Positions 15,125-15,726 of a stretch of 15,726 bases of DNA are shown here, in pieces. Position 1 is the first letter of the stretch, and every line of letters begins with the position of its first letter. Below the pieces are notes generated by a model, which made no database searches, was not told the DNA's origin, and was given only the letters and a program-made list of their open reading frames with translations. Made by a program: the position numbers and the translations under genes. Location of the stretch: the NCBI GenBank assembly GCA_049599895.1, contig JBMYPC010000071.1, positions 1 to 15,726 on the forward strand. The letters run 5' to 3'. This DNA comes from Bacteriovoracaceae bacterium (GTDB lineage Bacteria; Bdellovibrionota; Bacteriovoracia; Bacteriovoracales; Bacteriovoracaceae).

Positions 15125-15726
15125 TTAGAGATGAGATCGAAAATAATAAGCTAATATTGATGCAGCATTAGCGGCATTGAGGTAACCCACATCTTCATTA
15201 ATTGGAATGTGAACAACTCCAGTTAATGATTCATAAAGATTTGGATCTATGCCATGACCCTCACTTCCGATAATGATGCCGAGATTATTTTCACTTTGAG
15301 TATTCACGGTGTGGATATCTTTAGAAAATATTCTTCTATCAGCGCCATAAATGTGGAAATCTTTTGAATATAATTTGTCGAGAACTTCCTGGATTGAATT
15401 AATTCTATAAATGTTTAAAGCAAAAACATTTCCCATGGAGACGCGAATTGAACGTCTTATAAAAGGATCAACCGTCCCTTTATCCACAACCAAATTCTTA
15501 ATGTTAAAAGCTGCGAGACTCCTGCAGATGTTTCCCACATTTTCAGGAGAACTTATGGAGTTGAGAAAAAATGTTGTTCCATTGAGAGAGTTTAAATCTG
15601 AGTACTCAGGCCTTTTACCAATGCCAATAATTCCCTTATGGTAAACATAACCCACAAGAGACTTCATATCTTTTTGATTGAAAAAAGTTTTGTGAATAAT
15701 AGGAAGTTCATCGATCTCATCTTTAT
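15125..15726 (-). CDS. SpoU/TrmH-family RNA methyltransferase (5' truncated by window)
   Basis: PENVGNICRS, RRSIRVSMG, IIGSEGHG and IPI....YLNAA are SPOUT motifs. The frame stays open upstream of 15667 to the window edge. Confidence 0.9.
   Translation of the reverse strand, partial: KDEIDELPIIHKTFFNQKDMKSLVGYVYHKGIIGIGKRPEYSDLNSLNGTTFFLNSISSPENVGNICRSLAAFNIKNLVVDKGTVDPFIRRSIRVSMGNVFALNIYRINSIQEVLDKLYSKDFHIYGADRRIFSKDIHTVNTQSENNLGIIIGSEGHGIDPNLYESLTGVVHIPINEDVGYLNAANAASILAYYFRSHL

Noticed and set aside
6439..15644. Short ORFs 6439..6666, 8641..8853, 9977..10162, 10742..10939, 11495..11776, 13191..13412, 13855..14142, 14574..14756, 15411..15644
   Set aside because: Each overlaps a better-supported gene on the opposite strand or another frame.
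1..15726. CRISPR arrays, IS or transposases, integrases, defence systems, tRNA or rRNA
   Set aside because: No regularly spaced repeats, mobility or defence motifs, or cloverleaf/rRNA signatures seen.

Overview
AT-rich bacterial chromosomal window. Gene content and protein style suggest a predatory Bdellovibrionota/Bacteriovoracaceae-like organism (inference, no database search). In order it holds: the 3' end of gyrB, gyrA, a TPR lipoprotein, an uncharacterised lipoprotein and a GNAT-like protein; three predicted secreted hydrolases (one permuted NlpC/P60-like, two alpha/beta hydrolases); an F0-only ATP synthase cluster (atpZ-like, [hydrolase], atpI-like, atpB, atpE) with a terminator; a ~250-nt intergenic region holding a candidate switchable structured RNA; a degenerate REC/HD-GYP-like protein; a small ORF or gene remnant; a Coa1-family membrane protein; a riboflavin operon ribD-ribE-ribB-ribH with no ribA and no FMN riboswitch; and a 5'-truncated SpoU/TrmH methyltransferase. 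No CRISPR array, transposase, integrase, rRNA or tRNA was seen. The most notable signals are the hydrolase inside the atp cluster with an apparent relic copy of the atpZ 3' end, atypical a/c subunit motifs, the structured RNA candidate, the expanded permuted NlpC/P60 protein, and an 18-bp palindrome between two sigma28-like promoters upstream of the ribA-less rib operon.
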